A DNA stretch of 64,000 nt from Mobula hypostoma (Eukaryota): the NCBI RefSeq assembly GCF_963921235.1, contig NC_086097.1, positions 10,168,001-10,232,000 of the forward strand, written 5' to 3'. This document shows positions 60,786 through 64,000 of this stretch, piece by piece. Positions within the stretch are counted from its first letter, which is position 1. The number at the start of each line of letters is the position of its first letter. The translations under genes and the position numbers were made by a program. The notes under the pieces were generated by a model. It was not told where the DNA came from, did no database searches, and worked only from the letters and a program-made list of their open reading frames with translations.

Positions 60786-61249
60786 CACACACACAAAAAA
60801 TGCTTGTGAACACAGCAGGCCAGGCAGCATCCATAGGAAGAGGTGCAGTCAACGTTTCGGGCTGAGACCCTTCATCAGGACTAACTGAAAGAAGAGATAA
60901 TAAGAGATTTGAAAGTGCGAGGGGGAGGGAGGGATCCAAAATGATTGGAGAAGACAGGAGGGGGCGGGATGGAGCTAAAAGCTGGAAAGTTGATTGGCAA
61001 AAAGGATACGAGGTTGGAGAAGGGAGAGGATCATGGGACGGGAGGCCTGGGGAGAGAGAAGGGTGGGGGGAGGCCCAGAGGATGGGCAAGGAGTTATAGT
61101 GAGAGGGACAGAGGGAGAAAAAAGAGATAAAAAAGGGGAAAGAAAAAAACAATAATAATAATAATGAATAAATAAGGGATGGGGTACGAAGGGGAGTAGG
61201 GGCATTAACGGAAGATAGAGATGTCAATGTTCATGCCATCAGGTTGGAG
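60786..61249 (-). mobile_element. Penelope-like element 3' fragment inserted in the hAT element
   Basis: TSD atatttaa at 60776-60783 and 61250-61257. The minus strand starts with LQPDGMNID, the GIY-YIG endonuclease C-terminal LxPxGxN motif of PLEs. Confidence 0.88.
60846..60883 (-). ncRNA. Minimal type-I hammerhead ribozyme motif
   Basis: Minus strand UAGUC-CUGAUGA-A-GGGU(CUCA)GCCC-GAAA-CG-UU-GACUG: stem I UAGUC/GACUG, intact CUGAUGA and GAAA boxes, palindromic ACGU stem III, GUU triplet. Confidence 0.75.
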
Positions 61250-63535
61250 ATATTTAATTTTTATCATATTTAAGTCACTCAGTTACTTTTTCTCTCTCCT
61301 GTCCTTGGCATTTACCCATTCTTTGTAAGCTCTATCTCGACTAATAGAACTTCCATCCCATTGATAGCCTTTGATTCTCATTAACATATCCAAATGACAT
61401 TCACCTAAACAGTTTCCCAGCTTGTTTTTGAGTTGATTCATTAGGGTAAAACCTCGTTCATAGTCTGCACTAGACGCAAGGAAGGTTCCCCAATGTCCAT
61501 CAACTGTGCAAGGTCGCAGAACTGTTCATCTTGAAGTACAAGTGCCACCATTTGAGCAAAGTTTGAAATCGGTTTGGATTTAATTTTTTCTTACACAGAA
61601 AATTTGAAATCATTAAACTGTCTAACTATTACAATATTTTCAACTAGAAAATAATGATATTTTAGACATAAGGCATTAACTTGTTCATCGCCAAATGTGA
61701 AGTCACAATCTGCAATTGTGGAGAAATCAAAAGCTGACCATTCTTGAACCTCAACTTTGATCTCCTCTGGGTTTGATCGTTTTCGCTCTCGCTCATCTGC
61801 ACTCAACCGTAACATGCGTAGCGCTCCTGTAACGGGTAACGACGGGTTCTGTTGCCTGAGCTTTTGTACACCATCCAAATGCGATTTACTTGCCAAATTT
61901 TGCTTCAAAAAGTCAAGTTTCCAAATATCATCCCACTTCTTTCCACTAACAAATTCTCCAGCAACTTTTGCATCACAACAATACAAACAGATACTCCAGT
62001 TTCCAAATCGTACATAAATATTTCTCGTAGCTGAACGTTCATGACCTCATGAGCTTTCGGTGTAACAGTTTCTACTATTTTGTTCAGCCATTCAACTTTA
62101 AACAAACTTGCAGTTCTTTTGTGCTTCACGCCCTTCGCTTTTTTTGAATTCGACATAGTGAATCAACATTTTTTTCCAATAAAAACTTAATAAGCCATCT
62201 ACAGGCTTTGAAACAGATCTTTGCAAACTTTACGATATGAACACTGTCCGCGAAACATGATTGCCACCATGATGCAGCTGTACAAACCAGAACAGGATAG
62301 GTGAGGTGATGTAAATTAGTGACATGCTTTGTGGTATTAGAAAAAACGACTAACTAGTTAACAGAAACAGTTAGCTAAAAGATTATTTTCAGTAAGTATA
62401 ATTATTAACTACTACATTATTTTAGGTAACTAACCTTTTGTATGCACATTAATTTCCTTTGTGCACTGGTTGAAAAACGTGTGTGCGCACGCATACGCGT
62501 ACAGCTTAGCGGGAACTATGCTCCCCAGATCATCAAAATCTTTAAGCGACCACAATAGAGACCATCTCCCACCGTCCAGCCTGGACAGTGTTTTGATATC
62601 CCGTGATACTCTGTAAAGATATCGACAGCAAGATGTTATATAGGGAAAGAAAGATTGCTCTTTAAAACCAAAGGGGTAAGCAATGTGTTTAGCCAGGCAA
62701 ATTAACTCTCATCAGTAATGTTAAGTTCAGTGAGGGGTATATGGGTACCTAAAGCAGGTCATTATGAAGAAGGAGGAGATGTTGGATGTCATAGTTTGCA
62801 TAAGGATCAAATAGGATCTATTCCAGACTGCTTTTGGAAGCAAGGCTGGAGAGAGCTGAGGCCCTGACGGGGAACGTTTGCATTTTCACTAACCATGGTG
62901 CAATGCCAGAAGTCTGGAAGTTCGCTAAAGTTATTACTTTATCCTCATCTTAACAAAACACTGGCTAGGATATATGTACTTGGACAATGTTGAGCAGTAC
63001 TGGTTACCACACCTTTGGAAAGTGCAGACGAGATTTGTGAGGATGTTGCCTAGATCGGGGAACTTTAGCTCTGAGGGAGGCTTATTTTCTGAAAGGAGAG
63101 ATGAGAATGTGTTCAAGCCTGTAACAATAAAGTTTGCTCCCCTTTCCCATTTTGATGAAGAGTTAACTCCCTAAGATATTAACTCTGTTTCTTGCTTCAC
63201 AAGCGGTGTCTAACTTGCTAAGTGTCCTCCAGCAGTTTCTGATATTTTTTATTGTGCTTCTAGGGTGGATGAAGAATGGACACAACTTTAATAAGGGAGA
63301 GGCAAAGGATGATTGCACAATAGGAGTATCAGGCCTGGGACTGGATAACAGCTTCTTCCCCCACACTGCGAGACTAGTAAATACCCTGCCACCACCGAGG
63401 TCTCGTCACCAGGAAGCCGGCTGTTTACTGTTACTGTACCAGAGTCAGGTTGTTTGTCAGAATCAGAAACACAATCAGGTTTAATATCTCTGGCAAATGT
63501 CATGAAATTTATATATATATATATATATATATATA

Positions 63536-64000
63536 GTCATAGTCATACTTTATTAATCCCGGGGGAAATTGGTTTTTGTTACAGTGGCTCCATAAATAAT
63601 AAATAGTAATAGAACCATAAGTAGTTAAATAGTAATATTTAAATTATGCCAGTAAATTATGAAATAAGTCCAGGACCAGCCTATTGGCTCAGGGTGTCTG
63701 ACCCTCCAAGGGAGGAGTTGTAAAGTTTGATGGCCACGAGCAGGAATGACTTCCTATGACGCTCTGTGCTGCATCTCGGTGGGATGAGTCTCTGGCTGAA
63801 TGTACTTCTGTGCCCAACCAGTACATTATGTAGTGGATGGGAGACATTGTCCAAGATGGCATGCAACTTGGACAGCATCCTCTTTTCAGACACCACCGTG
63901 AGAGAGTCCAGTTCCATCCCCACAACATCACTGGCCTTACAAATGTTTATTGATTCTGTTGGTGTCTGCCACCCTCAGCCTGCTGCCCCAGCACACAACA
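63536..64000 (-). mobile_element. Rex1-like LINE 3' part, running off the window end
   Basis: ORF 63681-63923 (ILDNVSHPLH...TERHRKSFLLVAIKLYN); (agtcat)n tail next to an (AT)n microsatellite at ~63510-63535. Confidence 0.85.

Larger units (their letters stand above)
60606..62520 (-). mobile_element. hAT DNA transposon, internally deleted (ZNF862/Tip100-like transposase remnants)
   Basis: 8-bp TSD ctcctcag (60598-60605) / ctccccag (62521-62528); TIRs caatgttccctctaa / ttagcgggaactatg. N-terminal FKVEW...C.YC...SKSH remnant in ORFs 61905-62156 and 61591-61986; dimerisation-domain remnant SSADYERGFTLMNQLKNKL...LDMLMRI at ~61375-61480. Confidence 0.85.

Noticed and set aside
61591..62156. ZNF862-like host gene
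   Set aside because: It is frameshifted, lacks its core, and is enclosed by TIRs and an 8-bp TSD.

Overview
This is eukaryotic, vertebrate DNA, not prokaryotic. The repeat families (CR1/HER1-like LINEs, Rex1/Babar-like LINEs, tRNA-derived SINEs, Penelope-like elements) point to a cartilaginous fish, probably a batoid; that assignment is inference from recognition of the families. The window is intergenic or intronic and dominated by decayed, often nested transposable elements. They include three Gypsy LTR retrotransposon relics (one with a PNMA-like gag), a solo LTR with a 5-bp TSD, many CR1 and Rex1-like fragments, an R4/Dong-like site-specific LINE lying in a (TAA)n tract, hAT, Harbinger and Tc1/mariner DNA transposons or MITEs, and about ten Penelope-like (PLE) fragments. 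I found no intact host gene, tRNA/rRNA gene or CRISPR array. The most interesting signals are: (i) a minimal type-I hammerhead ribozyme motif in the PLE terminal repeat, intact at 60846-60883 (-), with PLE truncation and inversion breakpoints clustering on it; (ii) a 10 x 26-bp tandem array made from a SINE Pol III B-box; (iii) an in-frame, RT-less chimeric CR1 ORF of 406 aa; (iv) the Dong-like element in its expected microsatellite target. Boundaries of old elements are approximate (tens of bp) unless a TSD or TIR is quoted. No database searches were run.
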